Assembly (NCBI GenBank): GCA_002410925.1
Contig: DHPR01000012.1
Location: 20,643 to 84,642 of the forward strand
DNA length: 64,000 nt
Source of the DNA: a bacterium UBP13_UBA5359
GTDB taxonomy: Bacteria; UBP13; UBA5359
Direction: 5' to 3'
Shown: piece by piece, positions 41,586 through 52,595 of the stretch
Position numbering within the stretch: position 1 is the stretch's first letter
Layout: every line of letters begins with the position of its first letter
Translations under genes and position numbers: made by a program
Notes under the pieces: model-generated
What the model was told of the DNA's origin: nothing
Seen by the model: only the letters and a program-made list of their open reading frames with translations
Database searches by the model: none

Positions 41586-42359
41586 TTACGTTAGAACCGT
41601 TACTCCCCCTATATCTGCTGCAGCGGATATAACCTGCTGCATATAGTCCAGGCTTTGAAAGACCGCTGTCGTCAACTCCATACCCCCTGCCAGGCGGACA
41701 CTTATAGCTGAAGCCAGAGTACAGCCGGTGCCCCGGGGATTGCCGGGCAGACGCCGATGAAGATGATGCTGAAAACCGGTGCCGTCATAGAGAATATCCG
41801 TCACCTCATCACCGGTTGCATGCCCGCCTTTAAGCAATACTGCCCGTGCGCCATGCTCCATCAAAATAAAAATAGCCCGGCGCATATCATCCTCTCTCCT
41901 TATCTGCACTCCCGTCAGCCATTCAGCCTCAGGTATATTGGGAGTAACCAGTGCCGCCAGAGGTAAAAGCCTCTGTTTAAGTATCTTCACACCCTCGTCA
42001 TCCAGCAAAGATCGCCCGGAGGTCGATAAAATCACCGGGTCCAACACCAGATTCGGCAGAGAGTATTTGGTAATAATCTCTGCCGCAGCAGATACAATAA
42101 CAGCGTTCACCAGCATGCCGCACTTTACCGCACCGGAGCGCAAGCCCTCCTTAAGAAGAGCTTCGGCCTGATCCCATATGCCTTTCACAGGCACAGGAAT
42201 TACCGAGACCACACCTGCCGGACCCTGAGCCGTTACTGCCGTCACAATACCGAACAGATGCCCGCCGCCGTCTCTAACCGCCCGTTGATCTGCTGACAGT
42301 CCGCCGCCGCCGCAGCTGTCTGTGCCACCAAAAGCTAAAACCTGGGGGATACCGAACAC
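41586..42359 (-). CDS. thiD: Hydroxymethylpyrimidine/phosphomethylpyrimidine kinase ThiD.
   Basis: 257 aa. …VLAFGGTDSCGGGGLSADQRA…, …LKGGH…, …GTGCTLASAI…. Confidence 0.8.
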   Translation of the reverse strand: MFGIPQVLAFGGTDSCGGGGLSADQRAVRDGGGHLFGIVTAVTAQGPAGVVSVIPVPVKGIWDQAEALLKEGLRSGAVKCGMLVNAVIVSAAAEIITKYSLPNLVLDPVILSTSGRSLLDDEGVKILKQRLLPLAALVTPNIPEAEWLTGVQIRREDDMRRAIFILMEHGARAVLLKGGHATGDEVTDILYDGTGFQHHLHRRLPGNPRGTGCTLASAISVRLAGGMELTTAVFQSLDYMQQVISAAADIGGVTVLT

Positions 42360-43687
42360 TCTTCTCCTCCTGCATCAGGCTTCACCAGAGAAACACCTTG
42401 ATAGTAATGCTTCAGTATAGCATCGTAATTCCAGCCGGCGCGTGCCAGTCCATCGGCTCCAGCCTGGCAAAGGCCCACGCCATGTCCCCAGCCACCGCCT
42501 TCAAAACCGAAAGCACGGGCACGGCCTTCCTTATCATATGAGGTTCTAATAACAAAGAGGGTGCTTTTAAGCCCCCCTAAAAAGGATCTTATCCGGTCAC
42601 GCTCTATCATATAAGTACCGTTACTGCAGACCACTTCCACAGCGGTAACCCTTCCAGCCGAACTGCGTCCCGTTACTCGGATATCTATTAATTTCCCCGA
42701 CCCGTTGCGCCCTGATAACAGCGGCACCTTATCTTTCAGCAATCTCTCCGCCTGAGGCATAGTCAGCATATGATGCCAGCGATAAGCTCTGGAACGACGA
42801 CATAGAGCCTGCGGACGATCGGAAAGCCAGGGTCCGATAAGGGCGAATTCACGATAAAGAGAATTAAGGGGGAAATGCAGAGAAGCCGGGTCGTCGGTAC
42901 TGCAGGAAACCGCTTTGAGATAGGGCACTTCCCCCGCCCAGACATTGGCAACATCCTCCGTATAGCCGCCACAGGAAGCATGGAAGACACTATCTATCGG
43001 CTGCCCGCTCCAGGTTAGAATCTCTCCTGCCGTCTCACGCACAGCCCTGATACCGTTAGGATGCTCACGATCCAGCCCGCCATAAACCTGGCAATGTACA
43101 TCATTGCAAAGATTGAAGCCCTCGGCCTGATGCTTGCCCAAGTTCTTCAAGGCATAGGTGCGGGCTACCACTGCCTGAGCTTTGAGAGCCTCGGAACTCC
43201 AGCCTGCCGGCATCTCACAGTTGATGACGCCATAAAGATACTGCTCCAACGGCAAGACATTAATAAGAGTCAGCCGCCCCTTTCCATCCAACAGAAGCTC
43301 TGCCAAGCCGCGATAGCGTTTGCCTGCATAGATCATTACCTGATTAGGACCACCCGGAAGCAGGCGAAAAGGACCGCTCCTGCTGCATATTCCAGCTGCG
43401 GATATACTCTTGATAATTGCTCCTCCGGTGGTTATGCCGCCTTCTGCCTTTGCACCTGCCGAAGCCTCTGTCGCCGTTACTGCCTGGAAAGTGATCTCTC
43501 CCCTGCCGCTCAGTACAGGATCCTGATTGATACTGTCATAAAGGCGCCAATCTGAAGCAGATAATGTTACGCTCGGCAAATCCTTGCCTAATCCTATTCT
43601 TACCATACGCTCAGACTCGGAAAAACCGGTAGCTGCTGCAGATAGGATCATACCTGCAACAGTCAGGGCAGTTGCCGCCATTCTCAT
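42335..43687 (-). CDS. SpoIID/LytB-domain protein (peptidoglycan-remodelling, amidase-enhancer family). Start refined to MRMAATALTVAGMILSAA (signal peptide).
   Basis: Contains …EALKAQAVVARTYAL…, …CNDVHCQVYGG…, …ASCGGYTEDV…. Confidence 0.7.
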   Translation of the reverse strand: MRMAATALTVAGMILSAAATGFSESERMVRIGLGKDLPSVTLSASDWRLYDSINQDPVLSGRGEITFQAVTATEASAGAKAEGGITTGGAIIKSISAAGICSRSGPFRLLPGGPNQVMIYAGKRYRGLAELLLDGKGRLTLINVLPLEQYLYGVINCEMPAGWSSEALKAQAVVARTYALKNLGKHQAEGFNLCNDVHCQVYGGLDREHPNGIRAVRETAGEILTWSGQPIDSVFHASCGGYTEDVANVWAGEVPYLKAVSCSTDDPASLHFPLNSLYREFALIGPWLSDRPQALCRRSRAYRWHHMLTMPQAERLLKDKVPLLSGRNGSGKLIDIRVTGRSSAGRVTAVEVVCSNGTYMIERDRIRSFLGGLKSTLFVIRTSYDKEGRARAFGFEGGGWGHGVGLCQAGADGLARAGWNYDAILKHYYQGVSLVKPDAGGEECSVSPRF

Positions 43688-43968
43688 GTTGATTTTCCAT
43701 CGGCATGAGGCCCCTGCATACACGATAAAGCCAAAAATATATAAGGCACTCCTCCCTCTCGTGGCACCACTAAGTAACTCTATCATTACTGCAGCCGCTA
43801 GAATATTACGGACTCTACGTCGCATTGGTTTGATATCCTCTTTAGCATCATTGCCGGTCAATACAAGAGATTATACCTCTATACTCCAAAGATGACAAAA
43901 AGAGGCCCATCCGCTAAATTATTAACTAGAGCCTCTTTTTGCCGTCTGCTTCAATATTCGAAGAAGTA

Positions 43969-44961
43969 TCAGATGATGCTGTTGGCTTTTATAAACTCCA
44001 GCAGCCAGTCCATCCTGGTATACGCCAGGCAGGTAACCGTATCGGCTGCTCCGTAGTAAACGGCTATTCGCCCGGTTGCTTTATCATGAAGAGCGGCACA
44101 GGGAAAAACGACATTGGATACATCGCCTACGCATTCATAGAGGGTCTGTGGTGATAAAATATACGGAGCCGTTCTATGAATAACCTTCCACGGTTTTTCT
44201 AAATCCAGCAAAGCAGCGCCGGCACTATATACAAAGCCGTTACACGAGCTCAGAACCCCATGATATATCAGCAGCCACCCCTCTGCTGTTTCTATCGGCA
44301 CGGGGCCGGCGCCTATTTTGGTGCTTTGCCATCCATCTCCTGCTGGCCCCATGACAAAACGATGTCGCCCCCAGTAAATCATATCCGGACTCTCGCTGTA
44401 AAAGATATCCCCAAACCGGGTATGCCCCGTATCGCTGGGACGGCTCAGCATAGCAAATTTGCCGTTGATTCTGCGCGGAAATAAAACTCCGTTTCTGTTA
44501 TAGGGCAGAAAGGCATTCTCCAGCAGACAACAGCTCTTAAAATCATAGGTATAGCCTATGGCTATGGTTGGCCCGTGATATCCGTTGCACCATGTTATAT
44601 AATAGCGGTCCTCCAGCCAGCAAACCCTTGGATCATACGCGTATTGAAATCTTCCTATTTCTTCATCTTCTGCTTCAAAAACTATGGGGTGCGGTTCTAT
44701 CTCCCAGGCTATGCCATCTCTGCTTTTGCCAAAATGCAATCGCATGTCGCGTTTCTTATCATCACAGCGAAAGACTCCTGCATACCCATCCCTAAAAGGA
44801 ACAACGGCACTGTTGAAGATACTGTTGGAGACAGGTATAAGGTTTCGTGGAATTACCGGATTGCGTCCCGAGCGCCACATGATATCGGAGCATCCTTGCG
44901 ACCGCTCCTCCCAGGGTATAACAGCGCTTTTTTCCTCGGGCGCAATAATACTGTTGTTCAT
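43969..44961 (-). CDS. Glycoside hydrolase family 130 (beta-mannoside phosphorylase family).
   Basis: 330 aa. …[36 protein letters not shown]… is the GH130 5-bladed propeller N-terminus. …[20 protein letters not shown]… also present. Confidence 0.75.
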   Translation of the reverse strand: MNNSIIAPEEKSAVIPWEERSQGCSDIMWRSGRNPVIPRNLIPVSNSIFNSAVVPFRDGYAGVFRCDDKKRDMRLHFGKSRDGIAWEIEPHPIVFEAEDEEIGRFQYAYDPRVCWLEDRYYITWCNGYHGPTIAIGYTYDFKSCCLLENAFLPYNRNGVLFPRRINGKFAMLSRPSDTGHTRFGDIFYSESPDMIYWGRHRFVMGPAGDGWQSTKIGAGPVPIETAEGWLLIYHGVLSSCNGFVYSAGAALLDLEKPWKVIHRTAPYILSPQTLYECVGDVSNVVFPCAALHDKATGRIAVYYGAADTVTCLAYTRMDWLLEFIKANSII

Positions 44962-44981
44962 AACTCATATTACCTCTCATC

Positions 44982-46232
44982 TTACTTTCTTTTTTCGATA
45001 AATTGAATTCCTTCTCTTTTTAAATTATCCACGGTTTGCTCCGCACTCTGCTTTCCCAATAAAAAGAGATCCATCTCCGGTTTATATACAGAAGTAATAT
45101 ACTCATTGAACCAGGCAATCTTAGGAACGGGCCTGGCAGTCTGCAAAGCATCAGCATAAATACCTATATGATCGGGCGGCGGCACTTTAAAAGTCTTATC
45201 GGCCACTTCAGGGATAGGTGGAATGCAATTCCTCCCTTTCCCCAGAATAGCCGTGCCTTCCGCCCCGCAAGCAAATTTCACAAACTCGAAGGCCGCTCTC
45301 TTTACTTTGCTTTGTGAGGATATATGTAATGTGCCGGTCGAAAAAGTCGTTATCCTTTCTCCGTCTGGGTTCAATGGCAGCGGCGCCACATCCCAGGAGA
45401 ACGATTTTATATCACTTAGGGATGACAGCAGGAAAGATGGAGCCAAAAGCATGGCTACTCTTCCAGTCATAAACATTTGCGTTGCGCTCTTGTATTTATC
45501 TTCTCCCTCGAGCTGAGAGCGTGAGGGTACCGATTTATCTACGTTTTGCAAAGCCTGTAAAAACTTCAATGCAGAGATAGTTTCCTTGCTGTTTGCAAGA
45601 CAATTTTTGCCCTCGGTATCAAAGAGGCCGCCTCCAAAGCTGTACACAATATCCAGGGGACTGGGTAACAGAGCACCAAATTGTGATACTTTGCCCTTTT
45701 CATGCTCGGTTAACTTCCTGGCGGCCGCTCTGAAATCATCCCATCTCCAATAGGCATTAGGATACGGCAATCTTGCAGTATCGAATAAATTTTTGTTATA
45801 CACCAGAGCGGTTGTGCCGAAATATATGGGTAATCCATAAACGGCTTTACCGTAGCGGAGACTTCCCAGCAAAGGGCTATAATACTGAGTAATATCCAGC
45901 TTGCTCTCTTTGATAAAACCGGAAATGTCAAAGACCACTCCTTTTTCAGCCAGTGGCGGCAGCATGTTATCTCCCCAGTAAAACACGTCAGGTGCAAGGC
46001 CCCCTGCAATCTCCACTTTGATCTTGTCCGGCCCCCCCTGCACCGGCACAAACTTTACATAAATTTCTTCCTGTCCGGCATTAAAGGCATCAACCATCGC
46101 CTGGTGTAAAGCAACTTGGGAGGGGAGGCTCTCCCAATTCTCATACTTGACTATAATTTTTCCGGTTTTAGAGCCGCACCCTGCCAACAAGCCCAGCATA
46201 AGTACTATAACTGTCCATAGTAATTTACGCAT
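44982..46232 (-). CDS. ABC-transporter extracellular solute-binding lipoprotein (family 1, sugar-binding).
   Basis: Start refined to MRKLLWTVIVLMLGLLAGCGS (lipobox LAGC). MalE-like two-lobe architecture. No permease or ATPase genes are adjacent. Confidence 0.7.
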   Translation of the reverse strand: MRKLLWTVIVLMLGLLAGCGSKTGKIIVKYENWESLPSQVALHQAMVDAFNAGQEEIYVKFVPVQGGPDKIKVEIAGGLAPDVFYWGDNMLPPLAEKGVVFDISGFIKESKLDITQYYSPLLGSLRYGKAVYGLPIYFGTTALVYNKNLFDTARLPYPNAYWRWDDFRAAARKLTEHEKGKVSQFGALLPSPLDIVYSFGGGLFDTEGKNCLANSKETISALKFLQALQNVDKSVPSRSQLEGEDKYKSATQMFMTGRVAMLLAPSFLLSSLSDIKSFSWDVAPLPLNPDGERITTFSTGTLHISSQSKVKRAAFEFVKFACGAEGTAILGKGRNCIPPIPEVADKTFKVPPPDHIGIYADALQTARPVPKIAWFNEYITSVYKPEMDLFLLGKQSAEQTVDNLKREGIQFIEKRK

Positions 46233-46260
46233 ATGGTTCACCTCATAAATTCGCTTATTT

Positions 46261-47244
46261 TCATAGCATCCTGTCAAAAACCAGCTTAGCCATGCCATAA
46301 AGGGGGCTACCATCTATCTCCTTGCCACAGGTAATAATTTTTAAGCTATGTATCCTCTCAAGCCTTGCTCGCAAGGGTGGTGAAAATAACGGGAAGGCCT
46401 TTGAAATCTGGCCACCCATTATCAGGCATTCCGCTTGAAAGTCTTCAATAAGCGGAGCCAGGACCTCTCCCATAATAGAACCGATTTCTTTGAACACCTG
46501 CAAGCTTGCGATATCCTTTTCTTTTGCCGCCAGGCAGGCTATATCCTTAACATCTATTCGCTTATATGGAGCTCCTCCGCACAGTTCCTTATACCTGGCA
46601 ATGATTCCTTCTCTGGAGATTCTATCTTCAACTATACCCCCTTCATAAGGTAAGCTCCATATACTGCAAAGCGGTGTCCGAGAATCACGGCGCAGTATCT
46701 TTCCGTCACTCATGAAGGCTGCTCCCAATCCTGTTCCAAGCGTAACAGCCACTATTTGTTTTGCTCCCTGAGCAGTATCCTTCCATATCTCTCCCAGCAA
46801 AAATGCATGTGCATCGCTCTCAAAATATATATTTGTTTCTTCGCCTATACATAATCGTTCTATCAGCACTCGTCTCAGTTCCAGCCCCCGGATAGCCCTG
46901 AACTTATGACGCATGAAACTGATTCCGGCGTTGTAATCGAATGGTCCGGGGACGCACAGGCCTATACCGCAGACAGGCAGCTTCTGCTTATCCGCCTGAT
47001 GCAAAGCAATACGTATTGTTTTTACAAGGCATCCTATAATCTCTTCTGCTGTTCCATTGGAGATACTTGGCGACCTTAAATAGCTCTCCGGTAACAGAGT
47101 GCCGTCTGAGGCAACCACAGCCGATTTAACGAAGGTGCCGCCTACATCCAGCACCACAGCATAATTATGCCCGTCTTGCCTCCTGGTTTCAGTCTTAAAA
47201 GGCATACGCTCGCTCATTTCAGAAGGGTCTTGGTCAACTTGCAA
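46261..47244 (-). CDS. ROK-family sugar kinase (glucokinase/mannokinase-like, no HTH).
   Basis: 327 aa. …VVLDVGGTFVKSAVV…, …GIGLCVPGPFD…, …GTGLGAAFM…. Confidence 0.7.
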   Translation of the reverse strand: MQVDQDPSEMSERMPFKTETRRQDGHNYAVVLDVGGTFVKSAVVASDGTLLPESYLRSPSISNGTAEEIIGCLVKTIRIALHQADKQKLPVCGIGLCVPGPFDYNAGISFMRHKFRAIRGLELRRVLIERLCIGEETNIYFESDAHAFLLGEIWKDTAQGAKQIVAVTLGTGLGAAFMSDGKILRRDSRTPLCSIWSLPYEGGIVEDRISREGIIARYKELCGGAPYKRIDVKDIACLAAKEKDIASLQVFKEIGSIMGEVLAPLIEDFQAECLIMGGQISKAFPLFSPPLRARLERIHSLKIITCGKEIDGSPLYGMAKLVFDRML

Positions 47245-49094
47245 GGCTGATTTCCCAAATTCTCAATCAGGTATTTGCCGAAGCATGCAGGTATAACAAC
47301 CACTTCGCTGAAATTCAGGCGGAAGTTACGCTCGATATCTTCCCCGGAGCTTATCAACACGCTCTCTCCCTCTACCAGGCAGAGTACGTGAAACTTTCCT
47401 GCAGTCGTATCTTCTATGCTCTTTTCAAACTCCAGGCGGTGCAACGTAAAGAATATATCTTCGCGTTCGCCTATGACGAACTCCGCCCAGCCCTTTCCCT
47501 CTCTGACGAGCCGGGGATCCTGGCGCAGGTTTCGAGCGACCCAATCCCCTCGACGATGCTCCTGAAGAACCCTCTCGCCATGCCAGGTATGAATGGGACG
47601 AAGTTTGCCGTTCAAGTCACTTCGCAAATAATCATAAAGTTTGAAGGTATAAGAGCCTACGGTACAACTGCCTATTTCAAGCACCACTTGATTGCGTCCG
47701 GAGCTATGTACCGTGCCGGCCGGAATAAGAAACTGATCTCCCGCACGACTTGGCATATAATTGATGTACTTTTCATACTCCACCGGCGTCTTCTCTCTTT
47801 CCGATCGCCTGGCTTCCTTGAAAAATTCGTCCTTATCCGCATCGTCCCGTAATCCCATATGAGTTCTAGCCGACCCATCTTCCATTGTTGTCATTACATA
47901 ATAGCTCTCATCCTGCTGAAACTGCTCCCCGAAATTCTCCATAATATATGAAGCGTGAGGATGCACCTGTATGGACATATGCCCCCCACCCATTGTATCG
48001 TCATAATTAAAACGTATGGGAAAGGTTCCCTTGAATTCCCTGACACATTCTTCACCCATAAGGTTTACAGCTTCAGCTGCCGCAAACAGATTGAACGGAA
48101 TATCGATGAAGTTTCTGCCAACAGCCACCTGAACGCTCACTTCAGGTGGTATCATTTCAAAGCTCCAGGCGCAATTCACCATTTCTTCAGGCAGACAGCG
48201 TAACCTCTTAATCCATTGCCCGCCCCAGACTCCCGGTATGTAAACGGGCTTTGCCCTGACCGGATATCTTACCAGCGATTCCATAATCCCTTTAAGCGTT
48301 TCTCGCGGCAATAGCTTTGGCTCCTCGGGTATATTGGCATCCACATAAAAATCTATATTTCCCCCTTCAAGCAACCTTTTCCTCAAATTATCAAGCACCT
48401 GATAATCGATATAGTACAATCGCCTGAAAATATAGCTTTTGTCACGAGAGAATTCACCATCTCCAAGATTTCTTACGCATCCATTGTTCACCCTGTGGCT
48501 GATCTCCTTGCGGGTAAGGTCAAGATAGACTACGGTATCATAGCTTGATATCAAATAATCATTGGCGCTACCGCATCCGTAACAGATGATGACCTCCTTT
48601 ACCTTACCATCCGCCGGCTCGCAGGCCGACAATACGCTTTTAGCCTTAGCAACAGCTGCATCATCGAGAAGATTCTCCACTTGCCCGGTATATAATCTGC
48701 CGAACAAAGATACAGGATCGCGAATTGGATCCACCGGCAATAACGAATTGACTATTCTCTCCATTTCAGAAGGTGCCTTATAAAATGTAGCGGCATCAAG
48801 GAGCAGAACCCTGTAGCCGTCTTCCTCCAGCGTTTCCTTTAGCCTGGAGATTATCAATTCCCAGTCAATGCCGATGTAGCCATCAAGAGCCAGCCTGAAG
48901 GCCGGCATAGTGGAAGAAATATTTTTTCGCACCAATTCTCTGGTGAAGGACAGAACATTATTCTCTCCACTGACAAGAGCTTTGGCGGCTTCATCGGAAA
49001 GCTTCGGACGATTTATCGCCTTTCTGTCTTCAAAGGGGTGTGGATTAGTCATAAAACTCATTTTACTTCTCCTCTGCAATGTAATGATAATCAA
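47214..49094 (-). CDS. Fusion protein: unknown N-terminal domain (~280 aa) plus a C-terminal class I mannose-6-phosphate isomerase (ManA-like cupin).
   Basis: 626 aa. The C-terminal half has the type I PMI zinc-site block …GGGHMSIQVHPH… and a cupin-like tail. The N-terminal half (…VIICYGCGSANDYLISSYDTVVYLDL…) is not recognisable. Confidence 0.55.
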   Translation of the reverse strand: MIIITLQRRSKMSFMTNPHPFEDRKAINRPKLSDEAAKALVSGENNVLSFTRELVRKNISSTMPAFRLALDGYIGIDWELIISRLKETLEEDGYRVLLLDAATFYKAPSEMERIVNSLLPVDPIRDPVSLFGRLYTGQVENLLDDAAVAKAKSVLSACEPADGKVKEVIICYGCGSANDYLISSYDTVVYLDLTRKEISHRVNNGCVRNLGDGEFSRDKSYIFRRLYYIDYQVLDNLRKRLLEGGNIDFYVDANIPEEPKLLPRETLKGIMESLVRYPVRAKPVYIPGVWGGQWIKRLRCLPEEMVNCAWSFEMIPPEVSVQVAVGRNFIDIPFNLFAAAEAVNLMGEECVREFKGTFPIRFNYDDTMGGGHMSIQVHPHASYIMENFGEQFQQDESYYVMTTMEDGSARTHMGLRDDADKDEFFKEARRSEREKTPVEYEKYINYMPSRAGDQFLIPAGTVHSSGRNQVVLEIGSCTVGSYTFKLYDYLRSDLNGKLRPIHTWHGERVLQEHRRGDWVARNLRQDPRLVREGKGWAEFVIGEREDIFFTLHRLEFEKSIEDTTAGKFHVLCLVEGESVLISSGEDIERNFRLNFSEVVVIPACFGKYLIENLGNQPCKLTKTLLK

Positions 49095-50508
49095 AATTAT
49101 TGATATAAGCCCATTCCTTCAGTTCGGGCAGGACATCACCTTCGACAAGGGCAAAATGTTGATGGGCACCGGCTTCAATAATATCCTCGAAGAGCTTTTC
49201 TACCCTCCCTCGAGACTCAAATACTGAATGCGAATAGCCTTTAATGATGTGCCGGCCAGGCAAAGAATCAACGATTGTACAAATGACTTTATATTCGCCC
49301 TTGCATTCTGAAAAATGAGCCATAGTCATACGGCCGGGGGGTATTCTGTGCCAGGCAAAAGGAGCTCCGGCAAACTTATACGGCGCCTTTTCATATCTGG
49401 CATCCGGCGCAATTATAACGTTCTCCCTGAAGCGCTCATCCGTATGGTCAAGAGGACCGGCATGTCCGGCGCAAAAACGATTATGCGGTGCATCTATATA
49501 AAACGGCTCTATAAAGCTTATATGCTTTCCAGTCATGACCTTCAGAGCCAGGCAGGCAAGTGCCGTTCCCACATCACCTTCCGGCACCAATACAGAGCAT
49601 CTTTCATTAAAGCTCTCATGATAAAAACCGGGTCTTAAGCCTACCTTCTTGTGCAACTGCGAATCTATGTCGTTGAGAACCAGCGCATCAAGGTCCATAT
49701 CCTTTGCCAGAGACGCTATACCTATGGAAGCCTTTGCCGCTGCGAAGAACTTCAGCTGATCAATCTCTTCGTCAACCTTGTAGCATGCTTTGAGTCGTTC
49801 AATATAAGACTTGACGTCCTCGTCGTCTACGGCATCAATATGCTCTTTCAGAATATCAAAGGAGATAAATGTCAGCTCCGGACCTACGCGATTGAAGAAT
49901 TGATAAGGGTCCACATAGGTAGACCACATAACTTCATTGAAGCTCTGCAACAGACCAAATCTGGCTCGCTTGAGAACACCTCTGGCCTTTGCAGCGCGGG
50001 CAAAGACTCTTATGCGCTGCCGGGTTTCTTCTCCGCTTCCGACAATCGTTCTTGCCTTTTTAGCCAGCCTTTTAATGGAACCGGAACCTTCCAGCATACC
50101 TACCAGACCGCCAGCAACCAGAAACTGAGCAAAGTCGTCCTCGGACACGGCATTTTCAAAGCCCTTTTCTTCTACCGGCAAATAAAAGACCAGCGGTAAA
50201 TCAGGCATGTCACGCAAAAATCTTATCCAGGTAAAATCCTCGGACCAGGACATAAAAGCAGCCATTACAAAGTCCACATCTTCGTTAACAAAGATTTTAA
50301 GCGCCTTTGTCACATCCTCCGTCTCGGTAATCATCCCGGCATCAACTATTTCCATATCCGAAGAGAGCTGCTGCTTTATTCTTCCAGCTGCTTCTTGAAC
50401 ACGGTGAAGGTAAGTGCCTCTCGGCGTTCCATTACCTACCTCGTGCTTTATGAACCTGCGACTACCCAGCGTCAGCAGCCCGCATACAGGTTTACCTCTG
50501 CTCATCAT
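49063..50508 (-). CDS. Putative sugar isomerase of the L-fucose/L-arabinose isomerase superfamily.
   Basis: 481 aa. Its size and overall pattern recall FucI/AraA-family isomerases. No single diagnostic motif was identified. Confidence 0.35.
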   Translation of the reverse strand: MMSRGKPVCGLLTLGSRRFIKHEVGNGTPRGTYLHRVQEAAGRIKQQLSSDMEIVDAGMITETEDVTKALKIFVNEDVDFVMAAFMSWSEDFTWIRFLRDMPDLPLVFYLPVEEKGFENAVSEDDFAQFLVAGGLVGMLEGSGSIKRLAKKARTIVGSGEETRQRIRVFARAAKARGVLKRARFGLLQSFNEVMWSTYVDPYQFFNRVGPELTFISFDILKEHIDAVDDEDVKSYIERLKACYKVDEEIDQLKFFAAAKASIGIASLAKDMDLDALVLNDIDSQLHKKVGLRPGFYHESFNERCSVLVPEGDVGTALACLALKVMTGKHISFIEPFYIDAPHNRFCAGHAGPLDHTDERFRENVIIAPDARYEKAPYKFAGAPFAWHRIPPGRMTMAHFSECKGEYKVICTIVDSLPGRHIIKGYSHSVFESRGRVEKLFEDIIEAGAHQHFALVEGDVLPELKEWAYINNFDYHYIAEEK

Positions 50509-52582
50509 ATACGCATACCACCATCTGATCTATATTGAGATTCGTATTATTAATATTTATATCCCTCTTCTCACCTGCCGAATGATCGATAACCATGACT
50601 TCCTTTATTTCAAAACCCGGAGCGATTGCCTCCAACCAGTCCATCCGTACCGAACAATCGGATCTGTTCCAAGCGATCAAAGCCATTCTGTCTGCATTTC
50701 TATACGTTCTGACGGTAACTTTATCAGTATCGATGCAACTAAGATCCAACCCGTCTTTATCGGTAAACTTGCCGTGCAGCAAAGTATCCGCATGCCTTCT
50801 TCTGACAGCGTTCAATTTTGTCAAATAAGCAGAATAATCAGGCATCTCCTTCAACGTAGCCCGACAGCGATAAATTTCAACATCAAACCTGAAACCATTT
50901 ATAAATGCATAATTGGCATGTTCGACATACTGCCGCTCATCCCGCCATCCTCGATTGGACATAATATATTCAGGAAAGGTATAGCGAAACATCTCCGGAA
51001 AAGCCATGGGTTCGTAGAAAAAGCCGTAGCCGCAACCATGAATAAAATCGGCATACTGTCCAAAGACATCGGTAACAAGCTCTATTCCCAAGGCTATATG
51101 AGGATACTTATCTTTGAAATAAGCTGAGAGTTCCTTCAATATGGCAGCCCCTCCGGGCCCGGCAACAGCGCTAGGATTACTATGCTTATGTGAGCCGTCA
51201 AAGCAGGGATAGGGGAAGACGGCGCCGCCCAATTGATCATAAAAGACGGCATCGCTGCCTAATGCTATACATTGCTCTCCCTGTTCTTTAAGAACCTGAA
51301 GCCATTCAGCCGCTTCCGGGCAGGCTATAGCAAAAGATTTATATCCGAACGACTTCAAAAGTGTGCCGGCTCCCCAGAATTTATAGTGCTCTCTGTATTC
51401 ATTACCATCGATATCCTTAAGACTGATCCTGTGCCCGGTACGATGATAAAAATCCGTGGCTATATCGATCAGGCGCCCATTGGTATAAAGAATTACCTTG
51501 CCGTCCTGTTCATGTACCCCGTCTATGTAAGAGCGTAATTCTGCCGCTGCCGCCGGCTCGATTTCATACTCCGGATAGCGATTGTCAAATCCTCCCGACC
51601 ACCAGCCCAGAAGCATCAGCGCATCTATATCTCCACTGCAAGCCGCCTGGCGAATCTCCGGGATATCGGAGTAGCGATGCAGTTCTTCCCCGTACTGATG
51701 CTTGAGAAATGTCCGCTGCCATCCACTCATATCTCGGACCCAATCCAATGGTTGCGGACGCTTCCACCAGGTCTTCTCAGCCCAGGCTCTATATTTCCTG
51801 GCGCCTGCATGCCAGCTGCCGGCGTACGGCGAAAGCACAAACGGTGCGCTTTGCCAACTATCTCCTTTTTTGATAAAGGGATACTTGGTAAAAGCCAGCG
51901 AGAGATTTAATTCGCTTTCTGGGTGCACTATTGCGCTTATGCAGGTATTTTGAAAGGAATCGTCGTAGGAAGCCATATAGAGGCCCTCTCTGCCGTTGAA
52001 CAGGCTAAGCCATTGCATTGAAGCTTCACCCGGATAAACAATCGAATAGGCGGTTCCGTTCTCATCCGGCCCCAGATATCCCGAATGGTAATCCATTATG
52101 CTGCCTAATGGATTATCCAAACGCCGGCCACAGGCCTCGGGCAGAAGCAGTACATCATCCTCCGGGTTGCTTCCCAGCGCGGTAATTCCCTTGATCCACG
52201 GGAACCATGCTTCCGTGATCTCTATGTCCTCGTTATTAAAAAGATCAAGCGTAAAGAGCGCCTCATCGTTCCGCAGCTCGATAGTATAGCAAAGAGAAAG
52301 ATCCAGCCCTCCCTTATCAGCCGTTATCGATGAATACTCAACCTTCAAGAGATTGTCAGAGAGAAGCTTTGCCTTGCCTTGCTGCCTGTCGGCGTATATC
52401 GGGTTTTCCAGGCAGTCGCCATCGCGAAAAATCAGCTTCCAGCCGCCTCCGGGAAGCGATTTGATATAATCGTTTCCTGTAACCTTGTTTTTCAACATAA
52501 CAATTATGCCTCTGCCGTCCACTTTCAGCTTCAGCTTTTCGTTTTCCAATATGACGTTTTCGTTCATCTTCACTCTCTTCAC
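50492..52582 (-). CDS. Hypothetical cytoplasmic protein. Possible glycoside-hydrolase-like enzyme (GH36-like N-terminal beta-sandwich then a barrel).
   Basis: 696 aa. No signal peptide. Lies in a carbohydrate-utilisation operon. The …LLGWWSGGFDN… block recalls GH27/36-type barrels. Confidence 0.3.
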   Translation of the reverse strand: MKRVKMNENVILENEKLKLKVDGRGIIVMLKNKVTGNDYIKSLPGGGWKLIFRDGDCLENPIYADRQQGKAKLLSDNLLKVEYSSITADKGGLDLSLCYTIELRNDEALFTLDLFNNEDIEITEAWFPWIKGITALGSNPEDDVLLLPEACGRRLDNPLGSIMDYHSGYLGPDENGTAYSIVYPGEASMQWLSLFNGREGLYMASYDDSFQNTCISAIVHPESELNLSLAFTKYPFIKKGDSWQSAPFVLSPYAGSWHAGARKYRAWAEKTWWKRPQPLDWVRDMSGWQRTFLKHQYGEELHRYSDIPEIRQAACSGDIDALMLLGWWSGGFDNRYPEYEIEPAAAAELRSYIDGVHEQDGKVILYTNGRLIDIATDFYHRTGHRISLKDIDGNEYREHYKFWGAGTLLKSFGYKSFAIACPEAAEWLQVLKEQGEQCIALGSDAVFYDQLGGAVFPYPCFDGSHKHSNPSAVAGPGGAAILKELSAYFKDKYPHIALGIELVTDVFGQYADFIHGCGYGFFYEPMAFPEMFRYTFPEYIMSNRGWRDERQYVEHANYAFINGFRFDVEIYRCRATLKEMPDYSAYLTKLNAVRRRHADTLLHGKFTDKDGLDLSCIDTDKVTVRTYRNADRMALIAWNRSDCSVRMDWLEAIAPGFEIKEVMVIDHSAGEKRDININNTNLNIDQMVVCVYDEQR

Positions 52583-52595
52583 CTGCCAACAAAAA

